Below are positions 48,795 through 57,962 of a stretch of 64,000 nt of DNA, in pieces (the first letter of the stretch is position 1; the number at the start of each line of letters is the position of its first letter). The position numbers were made by a program, and so were the translations under genes. The stretch is from Candidatus Bathyarchaeota archaeon (GTDB lineage: Archaea; Thermoproteota; Bathyarchaeia; Bathyarchaeales; Bathycorpusculaceae), in contig CAVYHV010000006.1 of the NCBI GenBank assembly GCA_963768425.1, positions 96,001-160,000 of the forward strand, given 5' to 3'. Below the pieces are notes generated by a model. That model had not been told where the DNA came from. It saw only the letters and a list, made by a program, of their open reading frames with translations, and searched no databases.

Positions 48795-48897
48795 GCTGAC
48801 TCTTTTTGTTCGGTGCTACCGTCTAAGGACGATTTTTTTCCTAATAAGCGTTCTTGCAATTCCAAAGAATACATGCATTGAATCCGATGGTTAGCTG

Positions 48898-50031
48898 TTA
48901 GCCGACTAATTTCTTCAGCCCGGGTACCTTTTTCAACCCGACAATTATTCCAAGGCTGACAAACAGGACGATGACTGTGTTGAGTGGAACACCGACTACG
49001 GAGTTGATTGTGTTGCCGTTAATGGCGAAGCCCAAATAGCCTTTCTGAATGGTTTCAAGCACCATCACGTGGAACAGGTAAAGCGCCAACGTGTTAACGC
49101 TAATCAGCCTAAGCAGCTTTCTTCCCTTTGATTCGCAGGGCGGTTCTGCGCATATTTCTTTAGGTTTAAAATCGGTTTCTGGGTCAGAGGGCACCGCGAA
49201 GGCTTGAGCCGAAGTTGGCGACTGAACTACAATTAGCAGTAGAAACAGCGAGGCGGCTGCAAAAATCAATGTTGGACTAAGATACCCTTGGAAGAAATAC
49301 ATTTCCGTTCCGCCTACCGTCGCCGCTATGACGTAGGTTCCGATCGCCGTCAAGGCAACTCCTACAGCTGTGTAAAGGGCAAGTTTTGATCGGCTAATTT
49401 GAACAGTCAGCAGATAGGCGCCTAAGATAAAGTATCCAACGTACCCAGTAATCGTCAGAACGTTGGTGTCCAAATGTAATGGGGTAACCAGGGCGATCGT
49501 TGGCACAATTGCGGCGCCAAGGAACCACAGAATCAAAATGTATTTGATTAGGTCCCGGCTTGCATGCGCCATGACCACGCGTAAGATTGGTGTGATTAAG
49601 TAAAGTCCCAAGAGTAGGTAGAGGTACCAAAACTGGTAGTAAGGTCCAGTCAATACGCCTTGAATGATGCTGTTTGTGGTTATTGGTTGGTTGTTGATTT
49701 TATTTACGACAAGGAAGTCCCAAGCAAAGTAGATGGCGCCCCAAAAAATGAAGGGCAACCCGATTCGAGCAACCCTTTTTTTGAAGAATACTCCGATGGG
49801 CTCGGTGAGTTTGCTTGGTTGAAGTAGAAGGGCACCTGTCAAGAGCAGGAAAAGTGGCACTCCCAGTCGCCCGATGCTTTGGTAAACGGTTACGGTGTTC
49901 CATCGGACTATTTCAAACCAATTCATCTGTTGACTGGTCAAGTCGTTGGCAGCGTGGAGAAGGATGACTCCTACAATTGCCACTGTTCGAATAACGTCCA
50001 CTGGAACGTAAAAGCCCCTCTCCTTAGACAA
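48898..50031 (-). CDS. Acyltransferase family 3 (OafA/WecH-like) membrane O-acyltransferase
   Basis: D.IR..AI.GV..LH, VPLF...TG.LL, R..RI..PF..W, FWYL, YLFH motifs. Confidence 0.87.
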   Translation of the reverse strand: MSKERGFYVPVDVIRTVAIVGVILLHAANDLTSQQMNWFEIVRWNTVTVYQSIGRLGVPLFLLLTGALLLQPSKLTEPIGVFFKKRVARIGLPFIFWGAIYFAWDFLVVNKINNQPITTNSIIQGVLTGPYYQFWYLYLLLGLYLITPILRVVMAHASRDLIKYILILWFLGAAIVPTIALVTPLHLDTNVLTITGYVGYFILGAYLLTVQISRSKLALYTAVGVALTAIGTYVIAATVGGTEMYFFQGYLSPTLIFAAASLFLLLIVVQSPTSAQAFAVPSDPETDFKPKEICAEPPCESKGRKLLRLISVNTLALYLFHVMVLETIQKGYLGFAINGNTINSVVGVPLNTVIVLFVSLGIIVGLKKVPGLKKLVG

Positions 50032-50187
50032 ATTTTCCCCTTTCTGCCCTAAATGTATCCGTTTATGAGCGATTTAACCTAAATAAGGGTTAAGCTACGA
50101 AAGCTTATTTTGACTGGAAGATGTCTTGAGGTGTTTTTGGAGAAAACTTATATTCAAGGTTGGATAATCCAGCCAGCTATGGGGGTA

Positions 50188-51499
50188 ATGAACAATCAAC
50201 CACAAAAAACTCACAATTCTACTGGCGCTTCTGTGTTTATCGACGTTTTCTGCTCTTGGACCAAAAGTTAATGCCCAACAGTCTTCCGTGGACTGGTCGC
50301 CTACCTTCCACCACGATCTATCACACGCGGGATACTCCACTTCAATTGTGCCACTGACAAACAAGACACTTTGGATTTTCCCGACAGAAAACTCACTTGA
50401 GTATCTTTCGCCTGCAGTTTTGAATGGTGTGGTATACGTCGGTTCAGATGACGACTATGTTTATGCCCTAAACGCTGCGACTGGTGCCAAAATTTGGAGT
50501 TACGCGACGGGCAGCGCAGTGGAGGATTCTCCTGCGGTCGCCAGCGGCGTCGTTTACATAGGCTCCGACGACAATTATGTTTATGCTTTGAACGCTTCCA
50601 CTGGCAGCAAATTGTGGAGCTTTGGAACAGGCGGTGAAGTGTATTCCTCACCCACCGTTGCGGATGGAGTGGTTTATGTGGGCTCAAATGACTTCAACGT
50701 TTATGCGCTGAATGCGTTGACTGGCGAAAAGATTTGGAGTTACGTAACAGGAAACTATGTGTATTCTTCACCTGCCGTCGTTGATGGCGTGGTCTACGTT
50801 GACTCTTACGTCGACGTTTATGCCCTGAGTGCTTCAACCGGCGGCAAAATTTGGAGCTATGCGGCTGGCGGTCCCACGTATTCTTCCCCAGATATCGTTA
50901 ACAGCGTGGTCTACACGGGATCAAACAATCATGTTTACGCTTTGAGTATTGCAACTGGCTCCAAAATATGGAGCTACGCAACTGGCGGCGTCATAGAATC
51001 TTCACCCGCGGTCGCCAACGGCTTAGTCTACATTGGCTCCGACGACGACAACGTTTATGCATTGAACGCTTCAAGCGGGACCAAAATGTGGAACTTCTCA
51101 ACTGGCAATATCGTGGATTCTTCTCCTTTTGTGGTCAACGGCGTGGTTTGCTTTGGTTCAGAGGACGGTAACGTTTATGCTTTGAACGCGGCCACGGGAG
51201 GCAAGATTTGGAGTTTCGCGACCGATAGTGCCGTGGAGTCTTCTCCGTCGATTGTCAACGGCGTAGTCTACGTGGGCTCAGACGACAACAAAGTGTACGC
51301 CTTCGGCTCAATTACAGCTCCGCAACCCTCGCCCCAAGTGCCTTCTCCGACACCTTCAGCGACCTCCGCTTCCCAAAAACCTTTGACCTCTGCAATCAGT
51401 GCAGATTCCCTTTTCATCATCGTCGGCATCGTCGCGCTATTGATCGTAGTCTTAGTTGTTGCGCTTCGTTTCAGAGGAAATCGCATCAAAAAGGATTGA
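50188..51499 (+). CDS. PQQ-like beta-propeller surface protein with C-terminal TM; indel just after the ATG
   Basis: Eight ~40-aa blades, P/S/T linker, TM; the signal peptide KKLTILLALLCL..NA|Q is in frame upstream of 50288, and ATG 50188 is off by one base. Confidence 0.8.
50405..51305 (+). repeat. Intragenic ~120-bp propeller-blade repeats
   Basis: Recurrent GTTTATGC..T.AA.GC...ACTGG...AA.ATTTGGAG units. Confidence 0.75.
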
Positions 51500-51598
51500 T
51501 CCAACCCGAAAAAACAATATGAGATGGCGCAACCCAATAGCTTTTTGTGCGATAAAGCAATAATATACCGGAAGAATAGAGCTGGTTAAAGACAAAGC

Positions 51599-52264
51599 AT
51601 GAGTCGCAAAGTTAAGCTATTGACGCTTTTGATTGCTGTTTTAGTGGTTTTGTTAAGTGTAGAAACATACGCTTGGCAAACAGCTGGAAACAATGTTCAA
51701 GGCAAATTCATTCGGGTTGCATGCGTCGGCGACAGCATAACTTGTGGAACCTCTTACCCAGATGATCTTTGGCTGATGCTAGGCGAAAAGTATGTTGTTG
51801 GCAACTTCGGCAACAACGGAGCCACGGTTTTCCTAAATTCAAGCAACCCCTACATGTACACACCTGCCTTCAAGGTTGCAAAGTCCTTTGCCCCCCAAAT
51901 AGTAATCATCATGCTTGGAACCAATGACGCGGACCCAACTCTTAACGAGTCTAACGCAGTTTTTGTCAGTGATTATGTTTGGCTTGTTTCGCAGTTCCAG
52001 GAGCTGGCGAGCAAACCGAAAGTGTGGATAGTGACGCCGCCGCCGATTTTTAACAATACTGTGGGTTTAAGCGGAGAGTTCCTTGCGCAAAACATCATTC
52101 CGGATATAGATCAAGTGGCAACCGCGACAGGCGTGTCAGTGATTAACGTTTATGCTCCTTTGGTTGGTCATTCAGCGTATTTCCTTGACGGCGTTCACCC
52201 GGACATTAACGGCTCGTTGGCTGTTGCGACTGTGGTTAATGATGCTTTGAAATTACAGGGGTAA
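51599..52264 (+). CDS. SGNH/GDSL hydrolase, N-terminally anchored
   Basis: GDSIT, GNNG, LGTND, DGVHP blocks. Confidence 0.87.
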   Translation: MSRKVKLLTLLIAVLVVLLSVETYAWQTAGNNVQGKFIRVACVGDSITCGTSYPDDLWLMLGEKYVVGNFGNNGATVFLNSSNPYMYTPAFKVAKSFAPQIVIIMLGTNDADPTLNESNAVFVSDYVWLVSQFQELASKPKVWIVTPPPIFNNTVGLSGEFLAQNIIPDIDQVATATGVSVINVYAPLVGHSAYFLDGVHPDINGSLAVATVVNDALKLQG

Positions 52265-52551
52265 TTCGCGCCCAAAACCGCCTTGTTATCAGTTATCTCT
52301 TTCATGTTCAATTGCGTTAAGAAAGATGCTTGATTAAACAGTTTTTTACGTTTTTTTCCATAGTGGGCTTGCTTTGTGGTGATATAATCTAAATCATTAT
52401 GTGCAATAGATTTATTAAGACCACAAAGCTTAAATAGCAAAACGTCAGATCTGCTTCTTTGCACGGGCCGAATGTACTTCTTCTAGCCCAAAATTGGAGA
52501 AAATTGGACTTTAGGGACGGCTCTATGCGTATCAAAATGAGGTAGAGAAGA

Positions 52552-53490
52552 TTGAGTAAAAAAGAAGTCCGAACACAACAGCGCTTAGCTGACAAGTGTC
52601 CAGAATGCGGAAGCGAAAATCTAGTTCACGATTATGACACGGGTGAAACAGTATGCGGCGATTGTGGATTGGTTCTGTACGAACAAATGATGGATAAAGG
52701 TCCAGAATGGCGCGCGTTCACGCAAGAGGAAAAGGCGTCAAGAAGCCGTGTTGGAGTACCCACATCCTACTCGGTTCACGACAAGGGATTATCTACCGCG
52801 ATTAGCCAAGTTGACCGAGATGCATTTGGAAGAAAACTGCCTCTTTCCACAAGGCTACAGATGTGGCGTTTAAGGAAATGGCAAATTCGAAGCCGGGTCC
52901 ACTCATCAATAGACCGAAACCTCGCTCAAGCTATGGCAGAACTCGACAGGCTTTCAGACAAAGTTTACATTCCACCACCAATCAAAGAAAAAGCCGCTGT
53001 GGTTTACCGCAAAGCATTAGACAAAGGCTTAGTGCGGGGCAGATCAATCGCTGCTATTGCTGCTGCCGCGCTTTATGCTGCTTGCCGTGCAAGCGGAACC
53101 CCTCGTACACTGCGGGAAATCGCTGAAGCCAGTCTCGTTGACAAGAAGGACGTTGCAAGGTGCTACAGGCTGCTGCTTCGAGAGCTCGACGTTCACATGC
53201 CGATTGCTGACCCATTGACTTACGTGTCGAAGATTGCTGAAAAAACTGGAATTTCAGGCAAAACTCAGGGTGCAGCCATCCAGATTCTAAGGGATGCGAG
53301 GCGCAAACGTGCTGCAGCTGGAAAAGACCCGATGGGTCTAGCTGCTGCTGCCCTCTATATTGCTTGCCTGCAGAACAACGAAAAGAAAACCCAGAAAGAC
53401 ATTGCAGAAGCCGCGGGAGTAACAGAAGTCACCGTACGTAACCGCTACAAGACACTCAAGAAACAACTGAACCTAGAATTGCCCGACTAA
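52552..53490 (+). CDS. tfb: Transcription initiation factor IIB
   Basis: CPEC..C..CG Zn ribbon, GPEWRAF, GRS, PRTL.EI, GKDP, VTEVTVRNRYK. Confidence 0.96.
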   Translation: MSKKEVRTQQRLADKCPECGSENLVHDYDTGETVCGDCGLVLYEQMMDKGPEWRAFTQEEKASRSRVGVPTSYSVHDKGLSTAISQVDRDAFGRKLPLSTRLQMWRLRKWQIRSRVHSSIDRNLAQAMAELDRLSDKVYIPPPIKEKAAVVYRKALDKGLVRGRSIAAIAAAALYAACRASGTPRTLREIAEASLVDKKDVARCYRLLLRELDVHMPIADPLTYVSKIAEKTGISGKTQGAAIQILRDARRKRAAAGKDPMGLAAAALYIACLQNNEKKTQKDIAEAAGVTEVTVRNRYKTLKKQLNLELPD

Positions 53491-53510
53491 AAGACGCTTT
53501 CCTTTTTCAG

Positions 53511-53747
53511 TTAAGCGTCAGATTCTTCTTTTTCGTTCGTTGAATCCTTTTCTTCTTCAAGCTCCATGACGATGGTTCCGACGTAACCGCATTCTTCACA
53601 GTAGTATTGTTTTGGAGCTAATCCGCCGATTGTTAAGCCTGTTGCGAGTTTTATTTTTGGGCTGCAGCATTTTGGGCAAAAAATCTTTGTGGGTTTTCGA
53701 TGCTTTATTGATTTGAACACTTCGCGAACGTCATCTAACTTTTTCAT
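53511..53747 (-). CDS. Small Zn-ribbon protein
   Basis: FCPKC...YYCEECGY.G. Confidence 0.7.
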   Translation of the reverse strand: MKKLDDVREVFKSIKHRKPTKIFCPKCCSPKIKLATGLTIGGLAPKQYYCEECGYVGTIVMELEEEKDSTNEKEESDA

Positions 53748-53776
53748 TCTTTGCGCCTTACGTTTTGACCCTGCGT

Positions 53777-54085
53777 TTACTGCACTTCAATGTTTTCCTG
53801 TGGATAACCAAGTTTCAACAAGAAATCGCGTATTCTGTCTCTGTGATCTCCCTGCAACATAATTTGACCGTTCTTGCTTGTTCCACCGCATGCGCAATAA
53901 GTTTTGAGTTTTTGAGCAACACTTGCCAAATTGATGTTTTTGTCTTCCATGCCGTCGATGACGGTGGTTGGCCTTCCAAATTTCCTTGTTTCAAGCCTAA
54001 CGCGTATTCGTTGTTGTTCTTTCTCTATTTCCCCGCAAACGCATAAGTCCTTAGGAAGCCCGCATGTTGTACAAACTTCAGCCAT
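53777..54085 (-). CDS. sui1: Translation initiation factor aIF-1 (SUI1)
   Basis: C..CGLP..LCVC, LK...ACGG, LQGDH. Confidence 0.93.
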   Translation of the reverse strand: MAEVCTTCGLPKDLCVCGEIEKEQQRIRVRLETRKFGRPTTVIDGMEDKNINLASVAQKLKTYCACGGTSKNGQIMLQGDHRDRIRDFLLKLGYPQENIEVQ

Positions 54086-54178
54086 GAAACTCAACAGTCA
54101 TTAGCAAACTGAAATATATAAAAGTTTCAAGAAAAAAAGACGGTTGCTACTCGCCGCGGCGAAATCAATTTTCATTTT

Positions 54179-54721
54179 TCAGGGGTCAAAACTTGCCATT
54201 TTCTCCGCCAATTCAGCGATTTGCCCCTCAAACTTGACCCGCATCTTCGTAAATCGCATAGCTGCTGAGGGATGAATAGCTTCTAAGTACTCAATTCCCT
54301 CGACCCTTGGAGTTTTCTTTGCTGATGCGCCTAGCAGGACAATTATTTTTGGACGGATGAAACTGATTTGAGCGATCAGGTAGGGTAGACATGCTGCTAC
54401 TTCGTCTGGAAGGGGTTTTCGATTTTTCGGCGAAACATGCTTAACAATGCTAGTTATGAAGAGTTCTTCGCGTTTTAACCCGTTCTGAATCAAGACTTTG
54501 TTTAGAAATCTGCCTGATAATCCGACGAAGGGTCTGCCCACTTCATCCTCGTGAGCACCTGGGTTTTGCCCAATCAGCATCACTTTTGCGTCTAATGGTC
54601 CTTCTCCTGGGACGCCGTGTTTTGCTCCCTGCCAAAGCCTGCATTTTTTGCAAGCGTAAATTTGATAGCTTAATTCTTCAAGCGCCAATGTGTCACCTTG
54701 TGATTGGCTATTGACAGTCAC
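54179..54721 (-). CDS. udg: Uracil-DNA glycosylase family 4-like
   Basis: C..C.L, VPGEG, GQNPG..ED..GRPFVG.SG, HPSA; FeS Cys set only partly kept. Confidence 0.82.
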   Translation of the reverse strand: MTVNSQSQGDTLALEELSYQIYACKKCRLWQGAKHGVPGEGPLDAKVMLIGQNPGAHEDEVGRPFVGLSGRFLNKVLIQNGLKREELFITSIVKHVSPKNRKPLPDEVAACLPYLIAQISFIRPKIIVLLGASAKKTPRVEGIEYLEAIHPSAAMRFTKMRVKFEGQIAELAEKMASFDP

Positions 54722-54840
54722 ACAACCTTAAAAAAATCGCGGGTTCTTCTATAGTTGGTTACTTGCTTCCGCCTATATAGGAATGAATATAAGGACTTGT
54801 AAGACTAAGATTTTGGAAGAATTATTTTGGAGGACCCCAA

Positions 54841-55143
54841 ATGACTAACGAAACGTCTGCGACTGGTTCGCTTATAGGGAGCGCTACACGTGTGCTTTTA
54901 CGAGTTGCTTTCGCTTTTGAACCTTTAGCGCCGACGGGTATTACGATTTTGATGAACCAGCAGCTTCACAAATTCAAGGAATCTGGCGCAATTGGGGACT
55001 ATAAAACCAAAACTAAACGACTGGGAAAATTCCATTACCGAATTGAAATCAATCTTGACGTGACCGGGATGCAGACAGTTCATCTTCTAAGTAATTTATT
55101 TCCACGGCAACTAAACAGGTTCAGGAGGTGGTTCCATGACTGA
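54841..55143 (+). CDS. Hypothetical protein
   Basis: GGAGG RBS; overlaps the next small ORF. Confidence 0.6.
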   Translation: MTNETSATGSLIGSATRVLLRVAFAFEPLAPTGITILMNQQLHKFKESGAIGDYKTKTKRLGKFHYRIEINLDVTGMQTVHLLSNLFPRQLNRFRRWFHD

Positions 55144-55291
55144 AATGTCCGAAAAGAAAGGCAAACTGAAAATAACAATAGAGCTTGAGGTAAACGAGGA
55201 ACTGTTAGGTTTGGCTAAAGAAGCGATGGAAAAGATGCCGATGCGAATGCAGGAAATGTGGAAGATGCACGGCGGCGAAAAGAAAGAGTAA
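55136..55291 (+). CDS. Small protein, 51 aa (MTEMSEKKGKLKITIELEVNEELLGLAKEAMEKMPMRMQEMWKMHGGEKKE)
   Basis: GGAGGTG RBS; start overlaps the upstream stop; T-rich tract follows. Confidence 0.65.
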   Translation: MTEMSEKKGKLKITIELEVNEELLGLAKEAMEKMPMRMQEMWKMHGGEKKE

Positions 55292-55396
55292 AAGCCCAAA
55301 CTCGCAGGAGCAAAACAATTTTTCCTTATTTTTAAGTGTACTGTAGCGTTCTTTCAGAACAAAAACTTTTGTTTTAACATTTGCCTTCTTACAATT

Positions 55397-55639
55397 CTAT
55401 TGTTCGCTTGCAGTCTTGAAAGCCTGAGTTATCAAATCGCCCCGAATGCGCTCTGCTTCGGCCTCAGCGTGGAGAGGATTTCTTACCTTTAACCTGTGAA
55501 ATTCAATGTGAGCTTCAATAGCTTCGCTTACAAGTTTAACATTTTGAACCAACATGATTTCTGCGCCGCAGCTGCTACATTTTATTACAGGTATCTTGTC
55601 TCGTGTCGCTGTTTTTTTATTCGTGATTCGGATAGGCAA
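55397..55639 (-). CDS. Small C2H2-like Zn-binding protein
   Basis: C..CG.EI ... AI..H...H. Confidence 0.6.
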   Translation of the reverse strand: MPIRITNKKTATRDKIPVIKCSSCGAEIMLVQNVKLVSEAIEAHIEFHRLKVRNPLHAEAEAERIRGDLITQAFKTASEQ

Positions 55640-55885
55640 ATTTTATCCTCATTTTGGTTCGATTATTTGTGTCTACCGTATAAAGATTTATTTTCAAATG
55701 GCAGCATTTCTAGAGAAACGTCTCTGTTCGGCTTAAGAATTGAATATTCGTGATATTCACGTTTATTTTAATAAAATTGTTGAATTTCATTTTAAAAATT
55801 TTTTGAAATTCATCTTCTTGCAAAGATGTTTTTCTGCTTAAAGAAACGTTTTATACTTTAATGTTCATTTTCTATTGGGATTAAT

Positions 55886-56182
55886 ATGAAGTTTTTAGTC
55901 ATTCAGAAAGTTAGGCGTGAGGTTCCTGTTGAGAAGTGGGCTAAGCTGCTTCCGTTGCAATTCAAATACTTTGACGGTCTGGAAAAGGAAAAGACTCTTG
56001 AAGTTTACTATCACCTGATCGGTCAGCAGGGCAGCATGTGCGTAATCAACGTGGACTCAGATGAAAAGCTTTCAAGAATCATTGGGCAGGATCCCTTGTT
56101 CTTTGATAGCGAACGTGAAATCTACCCCTTAACCACCAGGCAAACGCATGAGAAGCAGATAAGAGAGATTCTAAAGCCGTAG
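55886..56182 (+). CDS. Muconolactone isomerase-like alpha/beta protein
   Basis: MKFLV, G....I.V.S.E.L..I...DPLF....EIYPL pattern. Confidence 0.6.
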   Translation: MKFLVIQKVRREVPVEKWAKLLPLQFKYFDGLEKEKTLEVYYHLIGQQGSMCVINVDSDEKLSRIIGQDPLFFDSEREIYPLTTRQTHEKQIREILKP

Positions 56183-56198
56183 CGCAAGGTTTTCAATT

Positions 56199-56759
56199 AT
56201 GACTTGCCACGGCGGTTTTTCTCTGGATGAAGCCACGAGGCGTTCATGGTATAATTCAGATGCTATTCTGCAAGATTTGGGTCCAGGCATGATTTTCGTG
56301 GATGTAGGTTGTGGCGACGGCTTCTTCAGCATTTTGGCAGCACGGAAGGTAGGTGAAAAAGGCAAAGTTTACGCTGTGGACTCTGACGCTTTAGGCATTG
56401 AAAAACTCAATCGCAAAGCCCAAGCGGCAGGTCTCAAAAACATCGTCAGCAAAGTTGCTCCGGCTGAAGAAACAGTTTTCTGTAGCAGCTGCGCCGATGT
56501 TGTTTTCTTTAGTATGGTGCTTCATGACTTCGCTAATCCGGCTAAGGTGCTGCAAAACGCCAGAAAAATGATCAAGCCTACTGGAACGCTGGTTGATTTG
56601 GACTGGAAAAAACAGGAAATGCCTTTTGGTCCACCCGTCAAAATCAGATTTAGCCAAGACCACGCCTCAAACATAATCCATGATGCAGGTTTTCGAGTCG
56701 ACGGCGTCAGGGACATTGGTGATTTTCATTATGTATTAACCGCAGAGCCCAGGATTTAA
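56199..56759 (+). CDS. Class I SAM-dependent methyltransferase
   Basis: DVGCGDG, VYAVD, VLHD, GPP...R. Confidence 0.85.
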   Translation: MTCHGGFSLDEATRRSWYNSDAILQDLGPGMIFVDVGCGDGFFSILAARKVGEKGKVYAVDSDALGIEKLNRKAQAAGLKNIVSKVAPAEETVFCSSCADVVFFSMVLHDFANPAKVLQNARKMIKPTGTLVDLDWKKQEMPFGPPVKIRFSQDHASNIIHDAGFRVDGVRDIGDFHYVLTAEPRI

Positions 56760-56768
56760 AAGCGAATT

Positions 56769-57368
56769 TTATTCTGCTTTGGCGTAGAGTTCAAGCAGGT
56801 CTCGTTTGAAAAGTTCAGGCTGGCTCAGATACGCTGAGTGTGATGCGTCCTGATAGATTACAAGTTTAGCGTTGGGCACCTTTTCCACTAAGGTTCTCAT
56901 TTCTTCCCCTGATATGATGTTGTCTTGTGAACCCCAAATTATTCTCACGGGAAACCTAAAGTTACCGTAAACTCGAACCAAATCCTCTGCGAGTGCGTGG
57001 GCGGGGGAAACCAATAGAAGCCCTTTCACGGGAAACTGTGCAGCATACCTCAAAGCGATATACCCGCCTAAGCTGGCGCCCACCAACAAAGGCACCGCGG
57101 AACCAAAAACGCTTTGAACCGCCTCCGACAACACCTGCACGTTTGTATCGGGGTTTCTTGTTTTTGGCTCGCAATTAGTTTTCAACCCATACGGCATGTC
57201 TAATGCCAAAAATGGCAAATGCTTCTCAATCAACAAGTCCGTTACGCCGATGCGTTGCCAAACGTCAGCTGTGTAGGATAAGCCATGCAGGAAAACAACT
57301 GGTGTACCAGCTGCATTGTGAATCAGTGATCGGCATTTGTGTCCAGCTGTTTTTAATGCTTTTTCCAT
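56769..57368 (-). CDS. Alpha/beta hydrolase
   Basis: LHG, GASLGG, WGSQD, H motifs. Confidence 0.82.
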   Translation of the reverse strand: MEKALKTAGHKCRSLIHNAAGTPVVFLHGLSYTADVWQRIGVTDLLIEKHLPFLALDMPYGLKTNCEPKTRNPDTNVQVLSEAVQSVFGSAVPLLVGASLGGYIALRYAAQFPVKGLLLVSPAHALAEDLVRVYGNFRFPVRIIWGSQDNIISGEEMRTLVEKVPNAKLVIYQDASHSAYLSQPELFKRDLLELYAKAE

Positions 57369-57470
57369 AAGCGAAAATATGTTTTGTTTCTTATACGTTT
57401 GACTGACCCCGAACGCCAAATTCGCGAAAAGAATAATAGAAACTCAAAGCCTCAGTATGTCGGTGACCTT

Positions 57471-57947
57471 TTGCCAGTTAAAGTTGGTGACAAAGCGCCA
57501 GATTTCACTTTGCCTTCGCAGCTGGGCGATAACGTGACGCTTTCAGAGTTCGCAGGCAAAAAGAACGTGGTGCTGTATTTTTATCCGAAAGACGAAACCC
57601 CCGGCTGCAAAACGGAGGCTTGCGCCTTCAGAGATAGCTATGAGGAGCTGACCAGGTTAGGTGCTGAGGTTTTGGGGGTAAGCGGGCAGAGTGTTGCATC
57701 GCACAAGTCTTTTGCAACTCATTACGGTTTGCCCTTCATTTTGCTTAGCGACGAGGGTAACAAAGTACGCAAGCTTTACGACGTCCCCTCCAGTATGGGT
57801 CTTATCCCGGGAAGGGTCACTTACATAATCGACAAGATAGGCATTGTTAGGCACATTTTTAATTCGCAGACTCAGACGCGGCAGCATGTTGAGGAAGCCA
57901 AGGAAACCCTGAAGGAACTTGACAAAGAACAACAAGCGGGAACGTAA
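57471..57947 (+). CDS. bcp: Peroxiredoxin, BCP/PrxQ type
   Basis: APDF, FYPKD.TPGC..EAC.FRD, RVTYIID. Confidence 0.9.
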   Translation: MPVKVGDKAPDFTLPSQLGDNVTLSEFAGKKNVVLYFYPKDETPGCKTEACAFRDSYEELTRLGAEVLGVSGQSVASHKSFATHYGLPFILLSDEGNKVRKLYDVPSSMGLIPGRVTYIIDKIGIVRHIFNSQTQTRQHVEEAKETLKELDKEQQAGT

Positions 57948-57962
57948 CGCTGGAAGCTTCCA

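Noticed and set aside
44520-51305. Diversity-generating retroelement suggested by near-repeated ~120-bp units
   Set aside because: The repeats are in-frame propeller blades with mostly synonymous variation rather than adenine-specific changes, and no reverse transcriptase is present.
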